Origin: Alphaproteobacteria bacterium
GTDB taxonomy: Bacteria > Pseudomonadota > Alphaproteobacteria > Caulobacterales > Caulobacteraceae
DNA: 51,843 nt
Assembly (NCBI GenBank): GCA_031427275.1
Contig: JANPNB010000298.1
Span: 1-51,843, forward strand
Direction: 5' to 3'
Shown here: in pieces, positions 50,559 through 51,843 of the stretch
Position numbering within the stretch: the stretch's first letter is position 1
Layout of the letters: each line of letters begins with the position of its first letter
Program-made: the position numbers and the translations under genes
Notes under the pieces: model-generated
What the model was told of the DNA's origin: nothing
Databases searched by the model: none
The model's input: the letters and a program-made list of their open reading frames with translations, nothing else

Positions 50559-51750
50559 AACCCAGCCCCTCAAAGTTCGCCTGGATCTGCGCCGCCAACA
50601 CCGCCGCCTCGGCATTCAACCCGGCCAACTCGATGTGAATATCGCGCATGACGCCTTCGAAATCGAAGTCCTGGTCTTCCTCTTCGGGGGCCACGCCGAC
50701 ATAACGGCCCGGCGTCAGTGACCAGTCATTGGCCGCTAACTCGGCCCGGTCCACCAGCTTGACCAAGCCCGGCACCGCCACCAATTCGCCATCCGGAAAC
50801 CGGCTGAGCAACCAGTGAGCCTGACGATGGAAGTAGCGCACCAGTTTCAGCTGTTCGACGGCGGCCATGCGCGCCGCCTCTAGTGCCTTGACCGGGTTGG
50901 CCCTGCCCCGCTTGCCGCCGCCGTCGCGGTGGGCTTTCTCTGCCAGCTTATAGATGTGATCGATTTGCTTGATCAGGTCTCGCGACTGCTCCGCCATGGG
51001 CTCCAGAGCCCCATAGCGGGCATGTAGCGCGGCTATATCCGGCGCGCCTGTAGCGGCACCCTGCGCCTTGGTCGCGAAGTCCGCCCAATCGGCGTTAAAC
51101 AACGCCACGACCGCCTGCTGTTCGGCGTCCCCTGCTGCAATGTCTTCCAATGCGGCGGTGAAGGCGGGTCCCGCCAAGACGGCGGCCTTGGCCTCAACCC
51201 CGGCGCGGCACAGATAGCTCTCCACCAGCTCGCGGAACCGTGCGCCCTGTCCCCGGTATAGCCAGAAGACGGCGCTTAAGTTTTGCAGGTGCTCGGGTGA
51301 AAAATCAAAGACCTTGCGCGTCACCTTGCGGAACACTTGGCGCGCATCGAGCATCAGCACCTTGTCGGCATGCTCTGGCGGTTTGGCCTTGTCGAACATC
51401 CAGAGCTCGCAAGGCACGGTGCGGGTGTAGAAGAAGTTGCCCCGGATCGCGATCATCGCGTCCACATGGCCGGTTTCGATCAGCTTGCGCCGGACATTAG
51501 CCTCTTCGCCGCCCGCACTCGAGGCCTGGGACGACATCACAAATCCCGCCCGGCCTTTGTCGTTCAGATAGCTGTAGAAATAGCTGATCCACAGATAGTT
51601 GCCGTTGGAGACCTTGCTGGCCTTGTTCACGCCGGGCAGGCCGAAGGGCAGGCGCGGGTCTTTGCGGATCTTCTCGGCGTCCACCTCATCGACGTTGAAT
51701 GGCGGGTTGGCCATCACGAAATCGGCCTTGCCCACCAGTTCATGGGCATC
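50530..51750 (-). pseudogene. hsdM: Type I R-M methyltransferase subunit M, C-terminal part only (5'-truncated in this sequence)
   Basis: DFVMANPPFN (motif IV), GRAGFVM and WSLTPGRYVG are present. An in-frame TAG lies two codons before DAHELVGK, and motif I (DPACGSG) and the N-terminal domain are absent. Confidence 0.8.
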
Positions 51751-51751
51751 G

Positions 51752-51843
51752 GCAAGCTACCTTGCGCGTTGGGGCTGGCGCTTTGCGCTTCCAGGGCATT
51801 GCCAATGGTCAGCGCGCCCCGGCTATGACCGTCGAGCTGTAGG
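51752..51843 (-). other. Fragment of an unrelated CDS with a G-H-S-x-G motif (resembles haemagglutinin/exoprotein-associated alpha/beta-hydrolase segments)
   Basis: A different minus-strand frame reads LQLDGHSRGALTIGNALEAQSASPNAQGSL. It has no resemblance to HsdM. The family resemblance is from recall only. Confidence 0.4.

Larger units (their letters stand above)
44911..51750. mobile_element. Left end of a tRNA-Arg-integrated genomic island carrying defence genes (integrase not in window)
   Basis: tRNA 3' fragment at the boundary and an abrupt switch from housekeeping genes to fic and hsdRSM. Confidence 0.7.

Overview
GC-rich alphaproteobacterial chromosome segment. Gene content and protein sequences (fzlA, pseB/pseC resembling flmAB, chvI-chvG-hprK-EIIA-HPr, an HfsK-like GNAT, paired citrate synthase paralogues) point to Caulobacteraceae. 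Positions 1-44.9 kb are densely packed, mostly housekeeping genes: leuD, leuB, asd, rarD, ahcY, a CYTH-CHAD phosphatase, an ABC-2 pair, the ChvIG/PTS cluster, pseBC, ogt, an FKBP PPIase, ilvA, gmhB, queG, fzlA, fieF, argB, dapD, dapE, truA, fmt and phhB. This part also holds three short palindromic intergenic repeats (CIR/RIME-like), a SahR-like box, several CtrA-like boxes, a FAD-oxidoreductase/SnoaL/kinase mini-operon and an HTH-citrate synthase fusion. At 44911-44953 the isolated 3' half of a tRNA-Arg(CCG) marks the att boundary of an integrated island that runs off the right edge. The visible island cargo is defence-related: a type I R-M locus (5'-truncated hsdM, hsdS, hsdR) followed by a SoFic-like class II Fic gene with a tandem palindromic operator-like array. 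hsdM breaks abruptly near 51752 into about 90 bp of unrelated coding sequence. No CRISPR array, rRNA or intact tRNA was seen. All calls are from manual motif reading and recalled family knowledge; no database searches were run.
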